DNA of 64,000 bases, from positions 10,039-74,038 of the forward strand of contig JAYTWI010000020.1 of assembly GCA_043743535.1 (NCBI GenBank), given 5' to 3'. Position 1 is the stretch's first letter. Every line of letters begins with the position of its first letter. The notes beneath the pieces are model-generated. The model did no database searches. It was not told the origin of the DNA and saw only the letters and a program-made list of their open reading frames with translations. A program made the position numbers and the translations under genes. This stretch comes from Candidatus Moraniibacteriota bacterium (lineage in GTDB: Bacteria > Patescibacteriota > Minisyncoccia > Moranbacterales > UBA1568). Of the stretch, positions 10,113-19,497 are shown one piece after another.

Positions 10113-11216
10113 TTATTTCCCGGACTTCGTTCGATTATCCTGCTTGCACAACATCTGGCAATTTTCTGCGGTGGTTTTTCCACCTTCGTGCCATGGATTG
10201 ATATGGTCGGCTTCCATTTCACTCAACTCAAAACTTTCCCCGCATTTCGTACAGATTCCTTTTTGTCTTTCGTATGATTCGCGCTTCATTTTGTCGTTGA
10301 AAGCGCGTATTGAGAGATGTCTTTCTTGTTTAGTGAAAAGAAAGGGATAGATACCAGACTTCTTCGTTACGTCATCGTCCTGCATCATTTTTGCGACCTC
10401 AATTTCTAGCTTTTCAGCATTCTGCTTCTTATCTTTAAATTGATTGTACAATTCACCCCAATTCACATTCGCCATTTCTTTGCGATGGTTAGAGAACGCC
10501 TTACGCACCCACGCTACAACATTTTGGAAATACTCCCACAGTTCGTCAGCTTTTTTATCATGCTGATGTTTCGCCATGTAATTAGCTACTTCACCACTAT
10601 TGATCCATGAAAGTGCCGTTTCCAAGTATTCTTGGCGGATTGGTGAACCCGTAAGCAACGCACCGCCGTCATTTGCCAAAAGGTAAGCAGCGCAATTTGA
10701 TTTACTAAATTTGAGTTTTGCGTCAGAGAGCCATGAGCCAGTATAAACAGCGTTGCGAAGTTCTTGATCGGTCAATTTTTCACCAGCGATATTGATAATC
10801 TTAAACCAATCAAGTTTCTCCTTGTCCGTACCTTCGCAGAAGTAGACCATCAATTCATAATCAAGAATCTGCTCCTGTTCCTCTTTGGTGAGATTGTGGA
10901 ACATCGCAAGGCGACCATTAAAATCCACCGAAAAATCACCGTTTGCAAATTGCCCAATACTGATTGTTCTTTGCTGCCCGTCCAGTACCTCGAAGCTATC
11001 TTCAGCAGTTTTTATCCAATACATTACGTTGAGCGGGAATCCTTTCTTGACGGTATCAATAACCGCGTCGCGCTGTTTGTCTTTATAAACAAACTCTCGT
11101 TGATATTTTGGACGGACATTAAGTTTCCCGCCGTAGGCAACAACACCTTCCTCGGCACTGTCTTTATAGCCTTCGACCACCTCACGGATTTTTATTTTAT
11201 GTAGTTCGATTTTCAT
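10113..11216 (-). CDS. DUF262 (ParB/GmrS-like) plus HNH endonuclease
   Basis: PKYQREFVY, LDGQQR, C-terminal CTKC...ADHINPWHEGGKT..ENCQMLC. Confidence 0.9.
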   Translation of the reverse strand: MKIELHKIKIREVVEGYKDSAEEGVVAYGGKLNVRPKYQREFVYKDKQRDAVIDTVKKGFPLNVMYWIKTAEDSFEVLDGQQRTISIGQFANGDFSVDFNGRLAMFHNLTKEEQEQILDYELMVYFCEGTDKEKLDWFKIINIAGEKLTDQELRNAVYTGSWLSDAKLKFSKSNCAAYLLANDGGALLTGSPIRQEYLETALSWINSGEVANYMAKHQHDKKADELWEYFQNVVAWVRKAFSNHRKEMANVNWGELYNQFKDKKQNAEKLEIEVAKMMQDDDVTKKSGIYPFLFTKQERHLSIRAFNDKMKRESYERQKGICTKCGESFELSEMEADHINPWHEGGKTTAENCQMLCKQDNRTKSGK

Positions 11217-11217
11217 A

Positions 11218-12321
11218 TTATTTTTTAGTTTTGATTAACAAACGAGTATACGTAGATTTAAGTTTTCCATTAACTTTAATCACGGTACCTCTATTCAAAT
11301 CGTTATATTCTGGTGAATCTTTTTGTGTGTACAACTTAGTCCGATACTCATAGTTAGGGTCTCTATTATCTGACATTCCCAAAATTTCAAATTGATTTGG
11401 GTTATATTTATCGAGGAAAGTTATTGGAACGCCCATTACACGCTTATAATCCATTGGAATTTCAGAAACTTTTGAGACTTCTATCGCTCCATAGTTGTCA
11501 TATTGAGGAAATTCTTTAGGTGAGTATTTTTTATAGAGCGTTAATAATTCATGTCGTTTGGCTACATCAAGATTTGTAAACCAACCAATATTACCAAATT
11601 TCCTGATCGTTTTATCCGGCTGCATGAATTCTTTCAATCTGCCATACCCAGGCCATAATTTATTTTCTTGAACTAATTTAAAAATGTCTTGATACTTTCT
11701 TGCATTGTCATTTCCGACAATCAGAAATTTCTTTTTATATTTAACTAACTGAGCAACGTATTCACGAAAGAGCGAGAATGGCGGATTTGTTACCACAATG
11801 TCAGCTTGCCGCAGTAGTTCAATACTTTCTTCGCTTCGAAAGTCTCCCTCGTCTTTGAGCGGAATCCATTCATTGTTTTTATTCGCCTTGAGTTGCTCGG
11901 CAATATCACGTAGATCAAATGCACCATCGCCGTCTATATCCGACACATCATTGATAATAAATTTGTTGGCGGTTACCTTTGGTCTACCCTTTGGTTCCGC
12001 TGGCTTACTCACAACCTTATCTTCGTAGCCAGGAAGAAGTGATGGCTGCAATACAAGCTCTGTATTGGCAATCCGTGAGCGCTTGTAACTCGTAGCGATG
12101 AGCCTTTTTAATCCAAGTTCTTTGAAGTTACTCGCAAAGTATTTGAAGAAATTACTCTCGAATGGGTCATCACAGTTGCAATACACTACTTTTCCACGAA
12201 ACTGCTCTTTGTAGTGCTTTACTTCTTTTTCAATATCAGAAAGCTGAGTATAGAACTCGTCGTTCTTTACCTTGGCTGCTCGGTGTAAGTTTGAATTTGA
12301 AGACTCAGTTTTCATAATCAT
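11218..12321 (-). CDS. Adenine-specific DNA methyltransferase, EcoRI family
   Basis: KNDEFYT, VYCNCDDP, DIVVTNPPFSLFREY, MGVPITF. Confidence 0.9.
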   Translation of the reverse strand: MIMKTESSNSNLHRAAKVKNDEFYTQLSDIEKEVKHYKEQFRGKVVYCNCDDPFESNFFKYFASNFKELGLKRLIATSYKRSRIANTELVLQPSLLPGYEDKVVSKPAEPKGRPKVTANKFIINDVSDIDGDGAFDLRDIAEQLKANKNNEWIPLKDEGDFRSEESIELLRQADIVVTNPPFSLFREYVAQLVKYKKKFLIVGNDNARKYQDIFKLVQENKLWPGYGRLKEFMQPDKTIRKFGNIGWFTNLDVAKRHELLTLYKKYSPKEFPQYDNYGAIEVSKVSEIPMDYKRVMGVPITFLDKYNPNQFEILGMSDNRDPNYEYRTKLYTQKDSPEYNDLNRGTVIKVNGKLKSTYTRLLIKTKK

Positions 12322-12468
12322 TTCTGTATCAAATCATCAACTTTGACTTTTCAGCTCTGATTTTCTTACCAAACTTGTCTTGCTTTGATTTAAGTTCGAA
12401 ATCTTCAGAACATTTTGAGAAGCACTTGTGTAATTTACCGCAAGCTTTTCATCAAAAGTAAGTCTCAT
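12318..12468 (-). pseudogene. Deleted DpnI/Dam-replacing endonuclease relic joined to the C-terminal tail of an HTH gene
   Basis: ATG at 12468 gives MRLTFDEKLAVNYTSASQ, then in another frame KCSEDFELKSKQDKFGKKI (both resemble DpnI segments), then KVKVDDLIQK-stop overlapping the MTase ATG. Confidence 0.7.
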
Positions 12469-13319
12469 GTATTTTTTGACTTTAGCTTTTGTGACTTTCG
12501 CGGTTCTGGTAAATAATTTTCACGAGAAGATATTTTCTTACCGCTCTTGAGCTCAAGTTGCCTCCGAGCATCTCCCGCGATATCGCCACCCGCTTTTGCA
12601 ACAGATTTATTTTCGAGAAAACCTTGTGCGTTTTTGTTGCGAGCGATTTCTGTCGTTGAAGCTTCCCCGAGCATGGTGAAAATGAGCTCGAGATCATTCA
12701 TGTGGTCACGCAAATTTTCCCGTTTCAATCCTTTGAGTTTATGGTATTGACTCGGAGTCATCCCAAATGTTGCCTTTGAAATTTCGGCGGTGAGGATTGC
12801 ATATTCTTGTCCTTCTTTTACTCCACGTTTTTTCCATTCACCTGCAAGTGTCTCGCGTACCTCAATACCACGCATTCGTTTTTCAATCCATGCTTCAGAA
12901 TATCCCTTAGCTTTATATATTGCTCGCGTGCGCTTTGTGGCAAGTTCTGGATTTTCTATCTCTTCAATTCGCTCATAACCAACTCGTGCCAGCCAGCGTT
13001 TGAAAGGTTCGGCTTTAGGAGAAGAAATTGATTGTATTATACGAAAAATTCCTTCTGTATTTGCACAGTTTAGTTTTTGTGGACCTCCTGCCGTATCTAC
13101 GGAAAGGGGGGTGGCAATTTGCCCCCACCCTTCAGAGAGTTCTTTGTCACGCCTACGCATGTCCTTAATGTATCCTTTTGGTTGAACAGAGTCTGTTAAA
13201 ACTGCCACGACATCTTCAATAACAAACCACCATTCGTTTTTATAAAGAGCCTTGCGCACTTCCTTCTTTTGAAAAATTGCGATTTTGGTAATGGTTTGGT
13301 TTTGTGTTGTCATAATCAT
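12465..13319 (-). CDS. Bro-N domain protein (antirepressor-like)
   Basis: WWFVIEDVVAVLTDS, RIIQSISSPKAEPFKRWLA, NLRDHMNDLELIF. Confidence 0.85.
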   Translation of the reverse strand: MIMTTQNQTITKIAIFQKKEVRKALYKNEWWFVIEDVVAVLTDSVQPKGYIKDMRRRDKELSEGWGQIATPLSVDTAGGPQKLNCANTEGIFRIIQSISSPKAEPFKRWLARVGYERIEEIENPELATKRTRAIYKAKGYSEAWIEKRMRGIEVRETLAGEWKKRGVKEGQEYAILTAEISKATFGMTPSQYHKLKGLKRENLRDHMNDLELIFTMLGEASTTEIARNKNAQGFLENKSVAKAGGDIAGDARRQLELKSGKKISSRENYLPEPRKSQKLKSKNT

Positions 13320-13441
13320 TTCAAAAGTTGATCTACGCTCACCCCAAGTACTTTCGAGACCTTTTCCATTGTGCTCAGTGTAAGATTTTGTTTGCCGTTC
13401 TCAACATTACTGATATATGCCCTATCTAAACCTAACGCTCG
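13316..13441 (-). pseudogene. 5'-truncated XRE HTH (RM controller-like) gene
   Basis: Reads RALGLDRAYISNVENGKQNLTLSTMEKVSKVLGVSVDQLLK-stop; N-terminal helices absent; stop overlaps the Bro-N ATG. Confidence 0.8.
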
Positions 13442-13463
13442 GGGAAATTTGAATTCCGAATTT

Positions 13464-13484
13464 TGGCGGAAGAGGAGGGATTCG
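13464..13484 (-). repeat. Duplicated tRNA-Ser 3' end (att-like) carrying CCA
   Basis: CGAATCCCTCCTCTTCCGCCA; 19 bp identical to 13634-13652. Confidence 0.9.
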
Positions 13485-13634
13485 GTCACGAATATTTTTT
13501 GTGCCGACGCCCAAAAAATTTCTCGACCTCGCCTCGCGGCCAGACGTGCTCGTCTGGCATCGCTGTGGCCTTCTCATCCCTCTCGAAAGCCAAGCAGTTG
13601 GCTTTCTCTCTTGCCTCGTTCACTACGTTCACTG

Positions 13635-13721
13635 CGGAAGAGGAGGGATTCGAACCCTCGGTACGGTTTCCCGCACGCTTGCTTTCCAAGCAAGTACCTT
13701 AAGCCGCTCGGCCACCCTTCC
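13635..13721 (-). tRNA. tRNA-Ser (GGA)
   Basis: GGAAGGG/CTCTTCC acceptor stem, CTTGC-TTGGAAA-GCAAG anticodon arm, long variable arm, GGTTCGAATCC T-arm; CCA not encoded in this copy. Confidence 0.95.
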
Positions 13722-13755
13722 CTGTTGTGAAGCCTTCCTTCACAAGAGTTTTATC

Positions 13756-15183
13756 CTATCGTATCTCGCGGATTCCCACAAGTTTGAGCACGTCCTGACC
13801 CGGGGTGCGACCGTGAAAGACCACTACCTGATCGCCAGACGACAGTTTCCCCTCTTTCTTCACCTCTTTCATCATTTGTTCGATCAATATGTCCGGTTTG
13901 CGATCGTTCTCGAAAAGGTAGGGATCGATCCCCCACACCAAAGAAAGTTCGTTGTACGTAGCCCGAGAATGAGTGGCCACAAAGAGGCGACTCTCGGGTC
14001 GGAAATGTGAGAGGAGGCGGGCAGTGGCACCGCTATCTGAAAAAAGGAAAATGGCTTTGACCCGGAAGCTCTTGGCCAATTCGTAGACACTGCGGAGCAT
14101 CGTCGCCTCCTCATTCTTGAAATTGAGATCGAGCGCCTTGTACAGATCATCGAAAGGTGACTCCTCAGTTTTTTCGATAATCTCGCTCATCATCGCAATA
14201 GTCTCGACGGGGTACTTGCCCATCGCTGACTCTTCCGAGAGCATGAGCGCATCGGCATGATCGATCACCGCGTTCGAGACGTCACTCACTTCGGCGCGGG
14301 TGGGGCGCAAATTGTCCGTCATACTCTTCATCATTTGTGTTGCCACGATTACCGGCTTGCCGGCTTTCAGGCTCTCGGCAATAATCGTTTTCTGCAAGAG
14401 CACTACTTCGCTTTCCGGCATCTCGATACCGAGGTCGCCACGCGCTACCATCACCGCATCAGTCGCTTTGACCAGGCTCTTCAAATTATGGATGGCTTCT
14501 TTGCGTTCGATCTTGGCCACAATTTTCGGGAAAGCTCCCCCCTCACCCAAAACCTTTTTCATTTCCGCCCGCACACAAGCGATATCTTCCACTGAACCGA
14601 CGAATGACAGCCCGATGAAATTGACGCCTTCTTTCAGTACAAAGGCCAAATCTTTCTTGTCTTTCTCGGAAAGAATATCGAGTTTCAATTTCGAATCAGG
14701 GAGAATGACACCTTTGCGATCCTTGAGTGTACCCGTACCCTTGGCTTCGGCCAAAACAAAATCTTTTTCTTTGGCTGTAACCGTTAGTTCTATCAACCCA
14801 TCCTCGATCAAAATAGCATGGCCGACCGCCACCCCGTCGATGATCCCCGCCATATCCAAAAGTACCAATGGTTCATTCCCTTCTCCCAGTATGTCTTTTT
14901 TGGCCACATCACTTACCCTCACCACCGTCCCCTGTTTGAGAGCGATTGTTTCACTGACACCCGTACGGATGCGTGGACCCTGTAGATCAGCCAGAATACC
15001 GATCGAGGTATGCAATTCTTCGGCCACTTCACGCACCCGGTTGATCACTTCTTTGTGCCAAGCGTATTCACCGTGAGAAAAATTAAGCCGCACCACATTC
15101 ATCCCGGCCGCTATCATCTGACGCAATACTTCTTTGGACTCGGAAGCAGGTCCGATAGTAGCCACGATTTTTGTTTGTTTCAT
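13756..15183 (-). CDS. pyk: Pyruvate kinase
   Basis: TKIVATIGPAS, RLNFSHG, DLQGPRIR, MVARGDLG, ATQM, PTRAEVSDV. Confidence 0.97.
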   Translation of the reverse strand: MKQTKIVATIGPASESKEVLRQMIAAGMNVVRLNFSHGEYAWHKEVINRVREVAEELHTSIGILADLQGPRIRTGVSETIALKQGTVVRVSDVAKKDILGEGNEPLVLLDMAGIIDGVAVGHAILIEDGLIELTVTAKEKDFVLAEAKGTGTLKDRKGVILPDSKLKLDILSEKDKKDLAFVLKEGVNFIGLSFVGSVEDIACVRAEMKKVLGEGGAFPKIVAKIERKEAIHNLKSLVKATDAVMVARGDLGIEMPESEVVLLQKTIIAESLKAGKPVIVATQMMKSMTDNLRPTRAEVSDVSNAVIDHADALMLSEESAMGKYPVETIAMMSEIIEKTEESPFDDLYKALDLNFKNEEATMLRSVYELAKSFRVKAIFLFSDSGATARLLSHFRPESRLFVATHSRATYNELSLVWGIDPYLFENDRKPDILIEQMMKEVKKEGKLSSGDQVVVFHGRTPGQDVLKLVGIREIR

Positions 15184-15342
15184 AGAGAGACATTTTTATA
15201 TTTTTTAATCCACTGCCATCGCTTACCTTATTAGTATACCTGAAAATTGATAATTTGTTCAGAAAAAATCCCTAGAAATTTGAAAGGCCCGTCTTACGAT
15301 GTAAGAGGGCCATTCTTCTTGAGGGGGATTACCCCTCGTCTT

Positions 15343-15612
15343 TCACCTGCCACGACACGTGCGGTAGCTGTGGGGGCAGCGCGCCACCCACACCGGCGGC
15401 GGAGAGTACCACCGGCCGCCCATCATGTATGGATCAGGGTAGTACTGGTACGGCAGTACCTGTACCGGTGTGATCACGACCGCGGTCGTATCTTCCCGGC
15501 CGACTTCCTTGCCAGTGGCATCACGTGTCACCTTCGACACGCTCTGGTAGCTGACGCAGCCAGTGAGGCTAACAAAGAGGGCGATCAGGGTAAAACGGGT
15601 AATGGTGAACAT
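15343..15612 (-). CDS. Small orphan lipoprotein
   Basis: MFTITRFTLIALFVSLTGC lipobox; own promoter and downstream hairpin at 15285-15311. Confidence 0.6.
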   Translation of the reverse strand: MFTITRFTLIALFVSLTGCVSYQSVSKVTRDATGKEVGREDTTAVVITPVQVLPYQYYPDPYMMGGRWYSPPPVWVARCPHSYRTCRGR

Positions 15613-15690
15613 GAAACTCTCCTGGTGAAAATGGACTCGTGGAGCCCGGACTGGGGTTTGTTCAGAGTCTTTACTACTCTGTAACGATTT

Positions 15691-15719
15691 ATAATACACC
15701 CAAATCGGTTTTTTGTCAA
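15691..15719 (-). promoter_or_regulatory. Sigma70-type promoter
   Basis: TTGACA-N17-TATTAT on the minus strand. Confidence 0.75.
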
Positions 15720-15830
15720 GACCTTGAGAAAAATTATTGGCTTAAATAAGGCATTATTTACATTTCTAAAACAACAAAAAATCCCGCACTTACGGGACTT
15801 CTTGTTTCCTCGAAAAATTACTCTCTATGT

Positions 15831-16226
15831 TCAGATATTGAGCTTCTTGACCGCATCTTTGACCACAGGAATAGCCCAGGCCTCCCCGGAAAGCGTCTTG
15901 ATCAGTGCCCTGACATCAACGACAAAGAGCACCAAACCAGCTATCCACCCGAAAAGCGGGATCCAAAAAACGAACGAACCGATGAAGAACGCCACAGAAA
16001 GAACCAAACCCTGCTTGGCATGAAATTGAGCGAACGGGCTATCTTTCTTCACCAAAAGTGGCACCAAAAAAAGAATGCCAATGTAGGAAAGGGCAGCCAC
16101 CAATTTATTGTCTGCCACATCCTGTAGAGAAAAAACTTCGGTCGCTACAGGAGCGGTCATAGGCGTTGCTACCGGTTCAGATGATTTCTCCTCTGTCACG
16201 GCGCCATAATTTTTCACTGGTTCCAT
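15831..16226 (-). CDS. DUF4870-like membrane protein
   Basis: NKLVAALSY...SPFAQFHAKQGLVL. Confidence 0.8.
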   Translation of the reverse strand: MEPVKNYGAVTEEKSSEPVATPMTAPVATEVFSLQDVADNKLVAALSYIGILFLVPLLVKKDSPFAQFHAKQGLVLSVAFFIGSFVFWIPLFGWIAGLVLFVVDVRALIKTLSGEAWAIPVVKDAVKKLNI

Positions 16227-16255
16227 AGACGTATGATTATGTTACAACTTACACC

Positions 16256-16717
16256 TTACACTTCTAGTATACCGCTCTCAGCGAGCTCCTGCAAAATCTC
16301 CTGTGGGATGGGACTCCGTTTGGGACTGACTCCCGGATAGCGCCAAGTACTGATGATCTTAACTTTTGGTGGTGACAATATGAATGCTCGCCCATTTGCA
16401 GTGACTGTACCCTGATCATTTTTTCCTTTGGTGACATACATCACCCAGATTTCTTGTTTCCATGTCTCTTTGCCATTTACGGTCTTGGCAGAAACGGGTT
16501 GCATCACCGCCACGGTCTTAGGCGCGATGCCTACTTCAGTACGCCGTGGATGACGGATCACGCCACGCACTTTTTGCTCGCTTAATCCGTACTGTTTCAT
16601 CTTGTAGAGGGCGTGGGTCGTAAACTGAAAGGCGCCGGTCGGAGACAACTTTTGTTTCTCTCGAGCCTGAAAACGCGCCTTGGCCTTGCGCACAAATTCC
16701 TGGTAAGGCGACGGCAT
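16256..16717 (-). CDS. Conserved hypothetical protein (DUF4258-like N-terminus)
   Basis: FTTHALYKMKQYGLSE..V..VIRHP; IISTWRYPG. Confidence 0.6.
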   Translation of the reverse strand: MPSPYQEFVRKAKARFQAREKQKLSPTGAFQFTTHALYKMKQYGLSEQKVRGVIRHPRRTEVGIAPKTVAVMQPVSAKTVNGKETWKQEIWVMYVTKGKNDQGTVTANGRAFILSPPKVKIISTWRYPGVSPKRSPIPQEILQELAESGILEV

Positions 16718-16718
16718 A

Positions 16719-17609
16719 CTATTTCATCTCCATCCCCCGCAAGGCCGCGATGCGCTCCGCAATGGGCGGATGAGTCATAAACAGTTTGGAAATAGTTTTT
16801 CCTTTGAAGGGATTGGCGATATAGAGCGGGGCGGTGGCGCGATTGGCCACTTCGAGCGGCTCTGTATCGGCAGCAATTTTTTCCAAAGCGCGTGCCAACC
16901 CTTCGGGGTAGCGGGTGAGGAGCGCGCCCGAGGCATCGGCTAATGATTCGCGCTTACGTGAAATAGCGAGCTGCATGAGCCAGGCGGCGAGCGGAGCCAA
17001 GATGGAGAGAATAATACCGAGAATCATAAACAACCCCTGAGAGCCGCCCCGGTCTTCGCGGTCACGCCCGCCAAAAAAAGCGAAGTTCCGAAACCAATCA
17101 GCCAGAAGAGCGATGAAGCCCACCAGAATCACTACTACTGTCGAAAGAAGCGTGTCGCGATTGCCAATATGTGATAGTTCGTGGGCGATTACCCCTTCTA
17201 GTTCCGTTTTTTCCAACGAAGCGATGATGCCGGTAGTGAGACAGATCACTCCGTGCTCCGGATCACGCCCCGTGGCAAAGGCATTCAAGGCACTGTCCTC
17301 GGTAATATATATCTTGGGCATCGGTAACCCAGCAGTGATGGCGAGATTCTCTACCAAGCGATAGACCTCTTTATTCTCGGCAAATGACAGTTCGTGGGCG
17401 TTACTCATCGACAGGACAATGCGGTCACTAAACCAATACGAAGCGACGCTCATCCCAATCGAAAAGAGCACGGCGATGTAGAGGACGGTGCTCGAATGCA
17501 TAGCGCCGGCAAAGACGTACCCAACGCCGATACAAAACACCAAAAAAACGCTGATGTACGCCCACGTCAGGCGGATATTTTTGTCGTACTGATTATATAA
17601 TGTGGCCAT
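16719..17609 (-). CDS. htpX: Zn metalloprotease HtpX (M48)
   Basis: NAFATG, HELSH, SRKRESLADA, FMTHPP. Confidence 0.95.
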   Translation of the reverse strand: MATLYNQYDKNIRLTWAYISVFLVFCIGVGYVFAGAMHSSTVLYIAVLFSIGMSVASYWFSDRIVLSMSNAHELSFAENKEVYRLVENLAITAGLPMPKIYITEDSALNAFATGRDPEHGVICLTTGIIASLEKTELEGVIAHELSHIGNRDTLLSTVVVILVGFIALLADWFRNFAFFGGRDREDRGGSQGLFMILGIILSILAPLAAWLMQLAISRKRESLADASGALLTRYPEGLARALEKIAADTEPLEVANRATAPLYIANPFKGKTISKLFMTHPPIAERIAALRGMEMK

Positions 17610-17613
17610 ATTT

Positions 17614-18204
17614 TTAGCGGTTATGACTTGTGGAGAGATTATCCCACCATTCTGAAGGCGAAACTTGGTACAGTTGTTTGCCCAATTTCACTGCACTCGG
17701 CAAAGTCAATCTTTTCAATGGCGCATTGCCACGTTTGTCTTTACCCTTCAACCACAGTGTCGCCTCCTTGTTACCCTGCCATTCGTATTCGCGCAAGAGA
17801 AGAATTTGATCCAACAGATCAGCATTCTTGGTAATAATCGCTTCCTTGGAGGTTCGAACCATATACTCCGCACTCAAATCTTTCAAATCATCAAAGGGTA
17901 GCATATCGAGCTGTTCCCTACTCACTTCGTCTTCAAATATTTTTACGTAGCGTTTGTGCACCCAGTTGTGATCGCCCGTGCGTGCTTCCCCCATATCATG
18001 GAGAAGCGCCATCATCACCACCTTGTACGGATCTGCTTTTTCAATCTTGGCCAGAAACCAAGCAATCATGGCGACACGGAAAGAATGGGAGGCGATAGTG
18101 TCCGACGTATCATCAGACAGAAGCATCTGCCGATGCATGCGCGGCAATTTGCGCATGGTGCCGATTTCGTACAAAAAGTTGGTGATGCGGGAATAGCGAT
18201 CCAT
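17614..18204 (-). CDS. HD-domain hydrolase (YfbR-like)
   Basis: TIASHS, LLHDMGEARTGD, ADLLD. Confidence 0.85.
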   Translation of the reverse strand: MDRYSRITNFLYEIGTMRKLPRMHRQMLLSDDTSDTIASHSFRVAMIAWFLAKIEKADPYKVVMMALLHDMGEARTGDHNWVHKRYVKIFEDEVSREQLDMLPFDDLKDLSAEYMVRTSKEAIITKNADLLDQILLLREYEWQGNKEATLWLKGKDKRGNAPLKRLTLPSAVKLGKQLYQVSPSEWWDNLSTSHNR

Positions 18205-18288
18205 AATGGTCAGAGGGTAAAGAAGTGACGCCCCCTATTTATCGAGTGCGCCACCAGTATAGCCATTTTTTCACCACCTGTACAGTAG

Positions 18289-18843
18289 CTAGAATGCTAC
18301 TTTCACTGGCTCTTTTTCCACTTCGCCCGCCTCAAAGAAATCACGCTTGGTGAAATTGAAAGCGCCGGCAATGATGTTCGAAGGGAACATATCGATCTTG
18401 TTATTTAATTCCAAGACGTTGCCGTTATAAAAACGACGTGAAGCCTGGATTTTGTTTTCCGTATCCGACAATTCGCGCTGCAACTCCAAGAAATTCTGGT
18501 TGGCTTTGAGATCTGGATAGGCTTCGGCTACGGCAAAGAGACTCTTTAAGGTTTGGGATAGCATATTTTCGGCCTGGGCTTTGTCGGCCGCACTGCCGTT
18601 TGACTGCATAGCAGCTGCCCGCGCCGCCGTCACCTTTTCGAATACCCCGCTCTCGTGAGCGGCATAGCCTTTGACGGTACTGACGAGATTAGGAATCAAA
18701 TCGTAGCGCCGCTTGAGCTGCACATCGATGTCGCTCCACGCTTCGCTCACCCGGTTACGCAAACGTACCAGCGTATTATACATCACCACTACCATGAGCA
18801 CGACGACAGCTAAAATCCCCAATACGATAAACAATCCATTCAT
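18289..18843 (-). CDS. lemA: LemA family protein
   Basis: [31 protein letters not shown]. Confidence 0.95.
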   Translation of the reverse strand: MNGLFIVLGILAVVVLMVVVMYNTLVRLRNRVSEAWSDIDVQLKRRYDLIPNLVSTVKGYAAHESGVFEKVTAARAAAMQSNGSAADKAQAENMLSQTLKSLFAVAEAYPDLKANQNFLELQRELSDTENKIQASRRFYNGNVLELNNKIDMFPSNIIAGAFNFTKRDFFEAGEVEKEPVKVAF

Positions 18844-18992
18844 AGATGTTGTGTTAATTCTCTAGATACTAACGGGATGAACCATTCACTTTCTTTTTAA
18901 TAGTACCAAATGCCCCTAAAAAAGCAATGCCGCCTCTTTTTGTGCTATACTCGAAGCAAGAAAGTAATATTTTTATCATTAAGTCTATCACT

Positions 18993-19433
18993 ATGGAGGC
19001 TATTCACCCCTATCTGGTCTTCCTTATCCCTATCGCCGTCGGCATCCTCACTCAATTGGCCAAATTCGCTATCTATACTTTCAAGCATGGTTTCAATATC
19101 GAATACGCTTTTACCCACGGCCATATGCCGAGTGCCCATACTTCACTCGTCGTTTCTCTCCTGGTCAGCGTTGCCTACTACGAGGGCGTGCACTCTGGCA
19201 CATTCGCCCTCGCAGCCGTCCTCGCCTTCATCGTCGTCGATGACGCTGCCCGCATCCGTATGTATTTAGGCGACCAGGGCCGTTACCTCAACATGCTAGT
19301 CGAAACGCTCGGTATCGAAAAAGATAAATTCCCCCGTTTGAAGGAGCGTGTTGGCCACCGCGTGAGCGAAGTAATCGGCGGCGCTTTCTTCGGCCTGTTT
19401 CTCTCTATCATTTTCATCCGTCTCTTCTCCTAG
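18993..19433 (+). CDS. Divergent PAP2 (DUF212) family protein
   Basis: GHMPSAHTS, DAARIR, ERVGH..SEVIGG. Confidence 0.85.
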   Translation: MEAIHPYLVFLIPIAVGILTQLAKFAIYTFKHGFNIEYAFTHGHMPSAHTSLVVSLLVSVAYYEGVHSGTFALAAVLAFIVVDDAARIRMYLGDQGRYLNMLVETLGIEKDKFPRLKERVGHRVSEVIGGAFFGLFLSIIFIRLFS

Positions 19434-19497
19434 CCTTCTCCTCGTCGTAGGAAAAACACCTGAGAAAATCTCCCCGTATGGGGAGATTTTTTGCATG

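Noticed and set aside
7338-13484. Prophage or intact integrative element suggested by Bro-N and the tRNA site
   Set aside because: No integrase, structural or replication genes; the att-like repeats flank only 168 bp.
13371-14010. Several ORFs over the tRNA region
   Set aside because: Shadow frames over tRNA-Ser, the structured insert and pyk.
18205-18288. Possible htpX 5' relic (MAIL vs MATL) marking insertion of the HD gene between lemA and htpX
   Set aside because: The match is only a few codons and could be chance.
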